Under the pieces are notes generated by a model. The model had not been told where the DNA came from and did no database searches. It saw nothing but the letters and a program-made list of their open reading frames with translations. The translations under genes were made by a program, and so were the position numbers. A stretch of DNA of 64,000 nucleotides from an uncultured delta proteobacterium (GTDB lineage Bacteria; Desulfobacterota; Syntrophorhabdia; Syntrophorhabdales; WCHB1-27): NCBI GenBank assembly GCA_963825005.1, contig CAWGRP010000007.1, positions 104,045 to 168,044 of the forward strand. The letters run 5' to 3'. Below are positions 54,158 to 62,837 of the stretch, in pieces (within the stretch, counting starts at the first letter, position 1; the number at the start of each line of letters is the position of its first letter).

Positions 54158-54643
54158 ATGAAGCGTTTCATGGCAGGGATCTTTGCTGTTGACAAGGGAT
54201 TATACGTCGTTGCCGGGGTTGTACTGGCGTTTATGATCGCGTTGACCTTCTGTGATGTCATCCTGAGGAATTTCCACCATCCTATTACGGGATCCATGGA
54301 ATTGATACAGTACGGAGGCTCTATCGTATTCGGATTTTCGATTCCTTTTGGTACCCTGCTGGGCGCCCAGATAATTGTAGACATTGCAACGGATAAGCTG
54401 ACCCCCGATGCGAAACGCATCGTAAACATAATCACCAGGATCGTAGGAATTCTCCTCTTTCTGTTTATTGCCTATAATTTCTACCTGTATGGTATTGACG
54501 TGAGGCATTCAGGTGAACGTACGGCCAGCTTTAAAGTGCCGTACTACCCATTCAGCTTCGCTCTCTGCTTCAGCTTTATCTTACAGAGTTTTACAATATT
54601 TTGTGACCTCGTAACAAAAATAAGGGGAACAGACAATGAGTGA
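54158..54643 (+). CDS. dctQ: TRAP transporter small permease
   Basis: MKRFMAGIFAVDKGLYVVAGVVLAF..., 4 TM. GGTGGAGG RBS before ATG 54158. Confidence 0.88.
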   Translation: MKRFMAGIFAVDKGLYVVAGVVLAFMIALTFCDVILRNFHHPITGSMELIQYGGSIVFGFSIPFGTLLGAQIIVDIATDKLTPDAKRIVNIITRIVGILLFLFIAYNFYLYGIDVRHSGERTASFKVPYYPFSFALCFSFILQSFTIFCDLVTKIRGTDNE

Positions 54644-55943
54644 TGTCTCTGCGGGAATATACGGAATCATATTGCTGCTGACGCTCTTCCTGACAGGTCT
54701 CGAAATGGCCTATTGCATGATACTGGTTGGATTTCTCGGATTCACGTTTCTTATGACGTTTTCAGCGGCCTCCAGCCTGGTCATCAAGGATTTTTTTGAT
54801 AATTTCACAACCTACAGTTACACCGTGATTCCGCTCTTTATGGTGATGGGAGAGTTTGCCGCAAATTCGAATATCGCGAAACGGCTCTACATGGGGGCGC
54901 ACCGGTGGTTCGGTCACATCCCGGGCGGCCTGGCAATGACAACCGTCGTAGGGGCGACCCTCTTCAAGGCCATGTGCGGCTCAAGCCTCGCCACCGTGGG
55001 GACCTTTTCAACGCTGGCGATGCCCGAGATGGATCGTTACGGGTACAGCAAGGAACTTTCTGCAGGTACGATAGCCTCCGTCAGCACCATGGGCATGATC
55101 CTGCCTCCCTGCACCGTGCTTATCATCTATGGGCTTCAGGTCGAGCAGTCTATCGGCAGATTATTCCTCGCCGGTATTGTGCCCGCGCTCATGATTGCTT
55201 TTTTCTTTATGGCAGTTATTGCGGGCTGGGTAACCCTGAGGCCTGAGATAGCCCCCAGGGCGGAAAAAGCAGGCTGGAAAGAACGATTCGCGGTAATCCC
55301 CGAAGCATTTGTTGTTGCCATCATTTTCGGAATCGTCATCGGGGGCATGATAACCGGGTTCTTCAGCCCAACAGAGTCAGGCACCATCGGCACCGTTGCC
55401 ATTTTTTTCCTTGCTCTTGTCCGGGGAGAAGTTAACTGGGGTATGATCACAAGATCTTTTAAGGGCGCGTTGAAGACGTCTATCATGACTCTTATGCTTA
55501 TCGCCGGATCTGCTATTTTCGGCCATTTCCTTGCCATAACCGAGATACCGATGATTGCCGCAAAATGGGCCGGGGCGCTTCCTGTGCCGGGCTTCATTGT
55601 CATGATGCTGATTATTGCGATCTACCTGATAGGCGGCTCCATTATGGATGACCTGGCGTTCATGGTACTCGCCACGCCCATCTTCTTCCCGACGGCAATG
55701 CAACTCGGGTATGACCCCATCTGGTTCGGCATCCTGATCTGCGTGACGCTGATGATAGGCGGCCTCATCCCCCCGGTGGCGATTTATGTTTTTATTTTAG
55801 GGAATATCACAGGAATTCCTTTCAAGACGATCTACAAGGGAGTCGTGCCTTTCCTTTCGGCACTTATCCTGGCCCTGATCATACTCTTTGTATTTCCGCA
55901 GATTGCATTATGGCTTCCGAATCTTATGATGGGCAAGGGCTAA
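54636..55943 (+). CDS. dctM: TRAP transporter large permease
   Basis: 435 aa, colinear with the other two DctM proteins; 8-nt overlap with dctQ. Confidence 0.92.
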   Translation: MSDVSAGIYGIILLLTLFLTGLEMAYCMILVGFLGFTFLMTFSAASSLVIKDFFDNFTTYSYTVIPLFMVMGEFAANSNIAKRLYMGAHRWFGHIPGGLAMTTVVGATLFKAMCGSSLATVGTFSTLAMPEMDRYGYSKELSAGTIASVSTMGMILPPCTVLIIYGLQVEQSIGRLFLAGIVPALMIAFFFMAVIAGWVTLRPEIAPRAEKAGWKERFAVIPEAFVVAIIFGIVIGGMITGFFSPTESGTIGTVAIFFLALVRGEVNWGMITRSFKGALKTSIMTLMLIAGSAIFGHFLAITEIPMIAAKWAGALPVPGFIVMMLIIAIYLIGGSIMDDLAFMVLATPIFFPTAMQLGYDPIWFGILICVTLMIGGLIPPVAIYVFILGNITGIPFKTIYKGVVPFLSALILALIILFVFPQIALWLPNLMMGKG

Positions 55944-55964
55944 ACGTATAGTGCGAGATCATGG

Positions 55965-56000
55965 AATGGGCCTGCTGAGCATAATTCCGGCAGGCCCATT
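55965..56000 (+). terminator. stem-loop downstream of dctM (possible terminator, weak U-tract)
   Basis: An 11-bp perfect stem AATGGGCCTGC / GCAGGCCCATT with a 14-nt loop, followed by GCTTATGG. Confidence 0.45.
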
Positions 56001-56023
56001 GCTTATGGTGATACACTGAAGAC

Positions 56024-56347
56024 ATGAATTCAAACAACAGCAAATCGACCGGGGCTGAAACAATCATCTATCATACGAGATGCCATTGGGCTCTTTTTCT
56101 TGGTCCGCTGATTGTAATAATCATTGGCGGGCTTGCTATCCGCGCACAGGGCATGCACGCACTGGCGCTGATGGTTTTTGGTCTGATCTGGGTAGTAGGA
56201 CCAATAAGAACCGGGTTCTCTAACGTTCCTGAATTGAATCTCGTTGTTAGGAGTGCGCGGCTCTGCTGTCGCACGAGGAACCACGCCTGCGCCACCCGCC
56301 GAATTGACAAGAAATATGATTTGACAAACCACTGTCGAATGTTATAA
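56024..56347 (+). CDS. hypothetical small membrane protein; doubtful or truncated
   Basis: The N-terminal half has two TM helices (WALFLGPLIVIIIGGLAI, ALALMVFGLIWVV). The C-terminal half is Cys/Arg-rich and low-plausibility, and overlaps a strong promoter-like sequence. Confidence 0.3.
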   Translation: MNSNNSKSTGAETIIYHTRCHWALFLGPLIVIIIGGLAIRAQGMHALALMVFGLIWVVGPIRTGFSNVPELNLVVRSARLCCRTRNHACATRRIDKKYDLTNHCRML

Positions 56348-56348
56348 A
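56321..56348 (+). promoter_or_regulatory. sigma70-like promoter upstream of the amidohydrolase gene
   Basis: TTGACA (56321-56326), 16-nt spacer, TATAAA (56343-56348). A second TTGACA lies at 56304-56309. About 100 nt upstream of ATG 56452. Confidence 0.55.
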
Positions 56349-56451
56349 CATCTAGAAATCTATTTGTCTGATGTTTCGCGCGGCCATGCGGAAGGCCGAT
56401 GCGGCGCCCGATCGTTGGCGCTGTGTCTGATAACCAATAAGGAGGCGGATC

Positions 56452-57447
56452 ATGAAGATTGATATCTTTACCCACGTTATGCTTCCACGGTACAAGAAAG
56501 AACTCTACAAATACGCTGACAAGTTTCCAACAGAAAAGGCCGTGCAGGACAGGCGACCCGTCCTGTGGGACAAGGAAGCACGGCTCTCAAAGCTCGAGCC
56601 CTATCCCGACCTCGTCCAGGTCCTGTCCGCAACCATGCCTCCTGTAGAGGAGGTTGTGGGCGTCAAAGAAGCGGCTGAACTTGCCAGAGTATGCAATGAC
56701 GAGATAGCTGAGATGGTGGCAGAAAACCCCAAGCGGTACATAGCCGCCATCGCGAATGTTCCCCTCAATAATACGGAGATTGCGCTCAAGGAGGCGGAGC
56801 GGGCTATCAAACAGCTTGGCTTCAAAGGCATCCAGATCCACACCAGAGTGAACGGCCAGCCGCCGAGCGCAGACGCAATGATCCCTCTCTACAAACTCAT
56901 GGTGGATTTCGATCTCCCGATCTGGCTCCACCCCATGCGCAGTTCCGGTCAGCCCGACTGGGCGACAGAAAAGGTTTCATACAACCAGCTCTTCTCGATT
57001 TACGGGTGGCCCTACGATACCACGGCAGCCATGGTCAGGCTCGTGTTTGCGGGCATCTTCGAAAAATTCCCCACCATCAAGTTCATCACCCACCATCTCG
57101 GCGGCATGGTGCCCTATTTCTCTGACCGGGCCATAGCCCACTGGAACAACGGCCTCCAGCGGCTCGGCGCCGATCACTTCCCCGGCCTAACCAAGCACCC
57201 CGTCGAGTATTTGAAGATGTTCTATGCCGATACGGCCCTTGACGGCAACAGCAACTATTCGCTCGAATGCGGTTTGAAGTTCTTCGGGGAAGATCATGTC
57301 CTGTTCGGTACAGACTTGCCCTATGATGTCGAAAACGGCGGCGTCTCGATTCGTGAGACCATAAACGGCATCGAGAAGATGGAACTGTCTGACGCTACCA
57401 AGAAGAAGATTTACGAAGATAACGCGCGCAGGCTGCTTCATCTATAG
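56452..57447 (+). CDS. amidohydrolase_2 family protein (ACMSD/LigW-type non-oxidative decarboxylase-like)
   Basis: MKIDIFTHVM... N-terminus, metal ligands in IQIH / WLHP / HH-LGG, and LFGTDLPYD near the C-terminus. Confidence 0.8.
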   Translation: MKIDIFTHVMLPRYKKELYKYADKFPTEKAVQDRRPVLWDKEARLSKLEPYPDLVQVLSATMPPVEEVVGVKEAAELARVCNDEIAEMVAENPKRYIAAIANVPLNNTEIALKEAERAIKQLGFKGIQIHTRVNGQPPSADAMIPLYKLMVDFDLPIWLHPMRSSGQPDWATEKVSYNQLFSIYGWPYDTTAAMVRLVFAGIFEKFPTIKFITHHLGGMVPYFSDRAIAHWNNGLQRLGADHFPGLTKHPVEYLKMFYADTALDGNSNYSLECGLKFFGEDHVLFGTDLPYDVENGGVSIRETINGIEKMELSDATKKKIYEDNARRLLHL

Positions 57448-57507
57448 AGGGACCGAAGGTCTGAACGAAGAGGCAATTCGCCTCTAGGGCATGCCGGGGA
57501 GAGTGGT

Positions 57508-58305
57508 ATGGCGACCGATTACGAAAGTCTGATTGAGCCGGTGAAAAGCAAGAGAACCTTCGAAGAGGTGTCGGAGAAACTCAAGGAGCTCATTTTCAGC
57601 GGGACCCTCAAGCCCGGGCAGCAGCTTCCCTCCGAGCCCGCGCTGGCCCAGCTCTTCCACGTGGGTCGCCAGTCCGTGCGAGAGGCCCTGCGTGTTCTCG
57701 AGCTCTCCGGTTTCATCACGGTGAGACCCGGAGTTAAGGGTGGCGCGGTGATCCAGAGCACGATGCTGAGCAAACTGGCCAGTCTGTTTTTCGAAACGAT
57801 AAGGCTCCACAAGGTCTCACGAGAGGACTGCATGGTGGCACGCAGGGCGATAGAAACCTGTCTGCTCGATCTCGTCTTCGAGAACGCGGACAAGGAGGAC
57901 ATCGAGGCGCTCAGGAATAACATCATGGCGGCCCGAAAGAAACTGCACGCCGACAGATCAGCGTACGAGGAGAATATTGAGTTTCACCGGCTCCTGGCAA
58001 AGGCATCGAAGAACCACACGTTCACGATCGTGATGGAGTCTATTCTCTCGGTCTTCAGCGATCTGAAGAGCAGGCACGCTGCGGTACAGCTGAAAGAATC
58101 AAGGGCAATCACCGATCTGCACGAGGCGATAACGGACGCCCTGGCGACGAAGCAGCGCTCAACCGCCGCCGACCTGCTGCACGAGGACCTTTTGGTCGCC
58201 GAGGGAATCATGAGGGCTGCGGACGGGCAGCTACGCACGAGAGCAAGCACCGCCGGACAGGAAAAACCTACCCCCATCCGGCAAACGAAGCGAAGCGGTA
58301 CGTGA
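57508..58305 (+). CDS. GntR family transcriptional regulator (FadR/FCD subfamily)
   Basis: LPSEPALAQLFHVGRQSVREAL wHTH plus FCD domain. Confidence 0.85.
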   Translation: MATDYESLIEPVKSKRTFEEVSEKLKELIFSGTLKPGQQLPSEPALAQLFHVGRQSVREALRVLELSGFITVRPGVKGGAVIQSTMLSKLASLFFETIRLHKVSREDCMVARRAIETCLLDLVFENADKEDIEALRNNIMAARKKLHADRSAYEENIEFHRLLAKASKNHTFTIVMESILSVFSDLKSRHAAVQLKESRAITDLHEAITDALATKQRSTAADLLHEDLLVAEGIMRAADGQLRTRASTAGQEKPTPIRQTKRSGT

Positions 58306-58321
58306 AACAAGGAGGCACGGT

Positions 58322-59680
58322 ATGGCTGCACCGAACGTAACCAAGTTTTGCGATGAAATGAAGTTCAATCGTTTCCATTGGAATCTTCTGGTCCTCGGGG
58401 TACTGACGCTTCTGTTCGATGGCTATGATTCGCAGATCCTTGCCTATGTGATGCCGAATGTCATCAAAGAGTGGCACCTCACCCCCGTGGCTGCCGGTTC
58501 GATTGTATCCTACGGTCTCGTAGGCCTTATGATAGGCACGGCGGGACTGGGCATGCTGGCCGACCGCATCGGCAGGAAGGCGCCGCTCATTCTGGGTCTG
58601 CTCATGTTCTCCATATTCAACGGCGGGCTTTACTGGGTGCATGACTTCAAAACCTTCTGCATTCTCCGTTTCCTTGCCGGCATCGGCATGGGCGGCGCCC
58701 TCACGATCAACATCACGCTGGCGTCGGAATTCGCACCCGCGAAGGTCAGGGCGAGGATGGTCGCGACCATGTTCACCGGGTTCATGATCGGTCCGGCTCT
58801 CGCCGGCATAATTTCAATACTCTTCATTCCCTCCTATGGGTGGCGGGTCGTGCTCTTTTTCGCACTTCTTCCTTTACTCTTCATTCCTTTTCTCTATTAT
58901 TTCCTGCCCGAGTCGGTGCGGTTCCTCGCACAGAAGGGACGTCATGACGGGGCTATCAAAGTTTTGCGAAGAATGGAGAAGGCTGCGAAGGTGGAGCCTA
59001 TATCATGGACCAAGGAGAGCTTTGCTCTTCCTGCCATAGAAAGAAAGGCCAGTGTCAGACAGCTCTTCAGTTCTAAGCTCGCCGTGATGACTATCCTCAT
59101 CTGGTTCGTCTACTTCTTCAACCTTCTCGCTGTCTATGGTCTGATCACGTGGCTGCCGACGCTTCTCATGAAGGCGGGCATCCCCCTGGTAAAGAGCTAC
59201 GGCTACACCGTGATGGATCACTTCGGGGGCTTTGTCGGTGCAATCTTCCTCGGCATGATCCTCGACCGCTTCGGCAGAAAATGGGGCCTCGTCTCCGCGT
59301 ATGTGCTCGCAGCAGTCGTGTCCTATGCTTTCGGGCTCGCTACCGGAAGCCCTGTGGCGCTCTACATTCTGAGCTTCGCAACCGGTTTCTTTGTTATCGG
59401 CGGTCAGTCGGCCCAGCACGCGGTCACGGGTGAAGTCTACCCCACCTTCGTCAGGTCCACGGGCGTGGGATGGGCCCTCACGATGGGAAGGTTCGGCGCC
59501 GTGTGCGGCCCCCTGCTTGGAGGTCTTCTCCAATCTGCGGGCTACTCCTTCAGCCAGTACTTTGCCTTCCTCGCGATCCCACCTCTGCTGTGCGCGGTCC
59601 TCGTGCTTTTCTACAGGGTCAATGTGAAAGGTGAAGGGCTGGAGACGGTCGAGGCGGAGCTGACGGGGACGGGAAAGTAA
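58322..59680 (+). CDS. MFS transporter, aromatic acid:H+ symporter (AAHS)-like
   Basis: 12 TM; LFDGYDSQILAYVMP and GMLADRIGRK motifs; AAGGAGG RBS. Confidence 0.8.
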   Translation: MAAPNVTKFCDEMKFNRFHWNLLVLGVLTLLFDGYDSQILAYVMPNVIKEWHLTPVAAGSIVSYGLVGLMIGTAGLGMLADRIGRKAPLILGLLMFSIFNGGLYWVHDFKTFCILRFLAGIGMGGALTINITLASEFAPAKVRARMVATMFTGFMIGPALAGIISILFIPSYGWRVVLFFALLPLLFIPFLYYFLPESVRFLAQKGRHDGAIKVLRRMEKAAKVEPISWTKESFALPAIERKASVRQLFSSKLAVMTILIWFVYFFNLLAVYGLITWLPTLLMKAGIPLVKSYGYTVMDHFGGFVGAIFLGMILDRFGRKWGLVSAYVLAAVVSYAFGLATGSPVALYILSFATGFFVIGGQSAQHAVTGEVYPTFVRSTGVGWALTMGRFGAVCGPLLGGLLQSAGYSFSQYFAFLAIPPLLCAVLVLFYRVNVKGEGLETVEAELTGTGK

Positions 59681-59746
59681 ACGGATCCGAATTCTTCGCA
59701 CAATGATAGTGACAACATCTATTCGCATGGCCTGAAGGGAACCGGT

Positions 59747-60993
59747 ATGAATGCCGAAGAACTGTACGAAGCAAGAGCAAAACGCGTCCGGGACGTTATT
59801 GCGCTCGAGTTGCCCGACCGCATCCCGGTGACGGCCAGCTTCGAGTTTCTTCTCGGCCCGCTATTGCGGCTACACCCAGGAACAGTTGATGTACGAACCC
59901 GACACCCTGTGGGACGCGCACCTCAGGACGACCGTCGATTTCGCGCCGGACCTTGTCCGGAACCCCTTCCCGGGGATGTTGCTCGGGCGTCTGCTCGATG
60001 TCCTCGATTACAGGCAGATGCAATGGCCGGGCCGACAACTGGCGGCGCATCTGCCTTTTCAGTTCGTCGAGGGCGAGTACATGTCGGCTCAAGAGTACGA
60101 CCATTTCCTTTCCGAACCGACGGATTTCATGGTCCGCAACTACTGGCCCAGGATCGCAGGCTCTCTGAAAGGGCTCGGGAAACTCGCTCCCTTTAAGGAC
60201 TTCCTGGACTACATGGACCTCGGTCTCTTCGCCATGTTGGCCGAACCGGAGGTGCAGGACGCCCTCGGGACGCTCGTGAGGGCCGCCCGTGAGGCGGAGC
60301 GGATGGCGGTCTACGGACGGCTCTTCGGAAAAAAACTCAAGGAGGCAGGCTTTCCCTCCCTCGGCGGAGGAAAGAGTTACGCCCCCTTCGACATAGTAGC
60401 TGACTATCTGCGGGGGACGAAAGGCGTCATGCTCGATATGTACAGACGACCCGAACCGCTGATTAAGGCCTGTGAGAAGATACTGCCCCTCACCGTCGAG
60501 AAGGGCGTAAGCTCGGCGAGAAAGACAGGCACGAAGTTCGTCTTTATTCCGCTCCACAAGGGGCTCGACGGCTTCATGTCCCCTGAGCAGTTCAAGCGGT
60601 TCTACTGGCCCACGCTGCGTGATTTGATGATGGGCCTCATCGCATGAGGGGCTGACCCCTTACCCTTTCTGGGAGGGCGACTGTACCTCGCGCCTCCCGC
60701 TCATAGGGGATATCCCTCCGGGCAAGGCCGTCTACCGCTTCGAGGCAACGGACATGATGAAGGCGAAGGATATCCTTGGGGAGCGGATATGCATCTGGGG
60801 CAACGTGCCCGTCTCTATCCTCGCCACAGGCACCCCTGACGACGTCCGGGCCTACTGCAAGAAGCTGATCGACTACGCGGGAAAGGGCGGAGGCCTCATC
60901 GTGGACGCATCAGCGGGCGTCAACGACGCAAAGGTGGAGAACCTGACGGCCATGTTCGACTTCACCAAGGAATACGGGGTCTGCGGGCGGTAA
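59747..60993 (+). pseudogene. uroporphyrinogen decarboxylase (URO-D/MtaA-like) family gene broken into three ORFs by two frameshifts
   Basis: The ORFs 59747.., 59886..60647 and 60754..60993 are colinear pieces. The junctions read ...RIPVTASFE|FFSARYCGYTQEQLMYEPD (extra T in TTT 59846-59848) and ...LMMGLIA|EGLTPYPFWEGDCTSRLP (extra base near 60645). The C-terminal GGGLIVDASAGV...ENLTAMFDFTKEYG is typical of URO-D. Confidence 0.7.
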
Positions 60994-61274
60994 GTTCCTT
61001 TTTCTCTTTAAGCGAAAAGTGCATTCTCAAATAGGGTAAGGGATTGTCCATGGAAATGCAGCAGCGAAGTGGACTGATGATCAAGAAATCAGGTTTGATC
61101 GCAACCGGCGTCGCCATCGCGAATGACCGCGTTGATGTTTGGCACGGCTAAGGCAGACCCAGACGCAAACAAGAAGCTGGTCGAAACGGCGATGACAGAG
61201 CTTTTCGTGGCTTCCGCCTATAAACCATGCAATACAGGTAACAATTGCAAAGGCTCTTTTTTGTCTCTTTTTTC

Positions 61275-61303
61275 TTGACAACTAATCGCCCCAAGTGTAC
61301 CAT
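61275..61303 (+). promoter_or_regulatory. sigma70-like promoter for the acyl-CoA dehydrogenase gene
   Basis: TTGACA (61275-61280), 17-nt spacer, TACCAT (61298-61303). Confidence 0.5.
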
Positions 61304-61311
61304 CACATTTG

Positions 61312-61329
61312 TGACCGAGTGGTCAGTCA
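61312..61329. promoter_or_regulatory. operator-like inverted repeat 1 (TGACCGAGTGGTCAGTCA)
   Basis: TGACC-N4-GGTCA palindrome starting 9 nt after the -10 hexamer. It shares the 19-nt motif TGACCGAnnGGTCAGTCAT with 61395-61413. Confidence 0.6.
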
Positions 61330-61386
61330 TTATCAAGATGCGGTGTTGTGACAGCCCTTGACTCAGTTTGCGAACTTTTTTTGGAC

Positions 61387-61420
61387 GACATAAATGACCG
61401 ACCGGTCAGTCATTTATGTC
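61387..61420. promoter_or_regulatory. operator-like inverted repeat 2 (34-nt near-perfect palindrome)
   Basis: GACATAAATGACCGACCGGTCAGTCATTTATGTC is self-complementary except for one position per arm. It lies 80 nt upstream of ATG 61501. Confidence 0.6.
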
Positions 61421-61500
61421 GGCTCTTGGATCGATGAACGGCTTGCTGAGCCGCTCGTTAGTGCTGTGAATTACGTTTGACACCGCGAGGAGGGTGTAAG

Positions 61501-62649
61501 ATGGTTATTTTTGAGGAGGATCAGGAGCTTAAAGATTTCAGGCAGGTATTCAGAAAATTTGTTGCCCGCGAAATTACCCCCCATGCGGAAGAGTGGGAGC
61601 ACAACCGATCTGTTCCGAGAGAACTATGGAAAAAAATGGGAGCGCAGGGCTTTCTTTGTCCCTGGCTGCCCGAAGAGTACGGTGGCTTGGGTGTCGATAT
61701 CAGGTATTCTCTGCTGGTCATTAATGAAGAGCTCATGCGAGGTAACGGTTTCGGAGTGGGTGTGCCTCTCCACAGCGACGTCGCTACGCCTTATCTCTAT
61801 TCCTACGGCTCAGAGGACCTAAAACGAAGACTACTTCCAAAAACAACGACGGGGGAAGCCATATGCGCGATTGCCCTGACTGAACCCGATGCGGGGTCGG
61901 ACCTTGCCGCGATCAGGACAAGAGCCGTGAAAGACGGTGACCACTATGTAATTAACGGATCGAAGACATTCATTACCAACGGCATGGTGGCAGACATTAT
62001 TATTGTCGCATGTAAAGTGCCGGATGCGATCGGTAACAAGGCGATCAGTCTGTTTGTATTAGAGGGTGACACGCCCGGTTTCATAAGGGGTCGCAAGCTC
62101 GAGAAGATGGGTTATCACATGCAGGATACGGCAGAACTTGCTTTTGAGGACTGCCGGGTACCAGCCGGAAACCTTCTCGGAGAACAAGGGATGGGTTTCA
62201 AATACATGATGGAGAAACTGGGAAGAGAACGATTGGAGGTTGTCGTGAAATGTCAGGCGCTCGCTGAGGAGTGCTTCAAGGAGGGCCTTAACTATGCTAA
62301 AGTCCGTGAGGCCTTCGGAAAGTCCATTGCTGAGCACCAGCACAATGCTTTCAAGCTTGCCGAAATGGCAACGGACGTTGAGATTGGCCGCACGTTTCTG
62401 AACACCCTGATCTATGCGTACATGAATGGAGAAAACATAAACACCAAAGTATCCATGGCGAAAGCGTGGCTAGGCGAGATGGTGAACCGGGTTGCTTATC
62501 AGGCGGTACAGTTGCATGGCGGCTACGGCTATATGGAGGAATACCGTATTTGCCGTTTGTACCGCGACGCGAGGTCGTTGTCGATTTTTGCCGGAACGAC
62601 GGAAATTATGAAGCTCATCATCGCGCGCAGCCTTGGAATTAAGCTATAG
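61501..62649 (+). CDS. acyl-CoA dehydrogenase
   Basis: 382 aa from ATG 61501 (GAGGAGGG RBS). ALTEPDAGSD, FITNG and the C-terminal QLHGGYGYMEEY...IFAGTTEI are ACAD hallmarks. Confidence 0.92.
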   Translation: MVIFEEDQELKDFRQVFRKFVAREITPHAEEWEHNRSVPRELWKKMGAQGFLCPWLPEEYGGLGVDIRYSLLVINEELMRGNGFGVGVPLHSDVATPYLYSYGSEDLKRRLLPKTTTGEAICAIALTEPDAGSDLAAIRTRAVKDGDHYVINGSKTFITNGMVADIIIVACKVPDAIGNKAISLFVLEGDTPGFIRGRKLEKMGYHMQDTAELAFEDCRVPAGNLLGEQGMGFKYMMEKLGRERLEVVVKCQALAEECFKEGLNYAKVREAFGKSIAEHQHNAFKLAEMATDVEIGRTFLNTLIYAYMNGENINTKVSMAKAWLGEMVNRVAYQAVQLHGGYGYMEEYRICRLYRDARSLSIFAGTTEIMKLIIARSLGIKL

Positions 62650-62837
62650 GGAACGAGGATGATGTTGTCTTCGCCCAGGCCCATGGTTGATGACTTCGCC
62701 GGCCAGATAAGGAGCCGCGAGTATTCCAGCCGGTCGGCACGGTCGGCATTCTCCTGGAAAGGCCGTTGCTTTAAGAGTTTCACGGAAGGCAGACGAATAC
62801 AGAGCAGTAACAAACCCAATAAATGAAAGGAGACTTT

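Noticed and set aside
61050-61275. Short ORFs upstream of the ACAD promoter (MEMQQRSGLMIKKSGLIATGVAIANDRVDVWHG* followed in another frame by ADPDANKKLVETAMTELFVASAYKP...) as a frameshifted SnoaL-like gene remnant.
   Set aside because: The similarity is too short and weak to support any family call by eye. It may be a remnant, but I cannot substantiate it.
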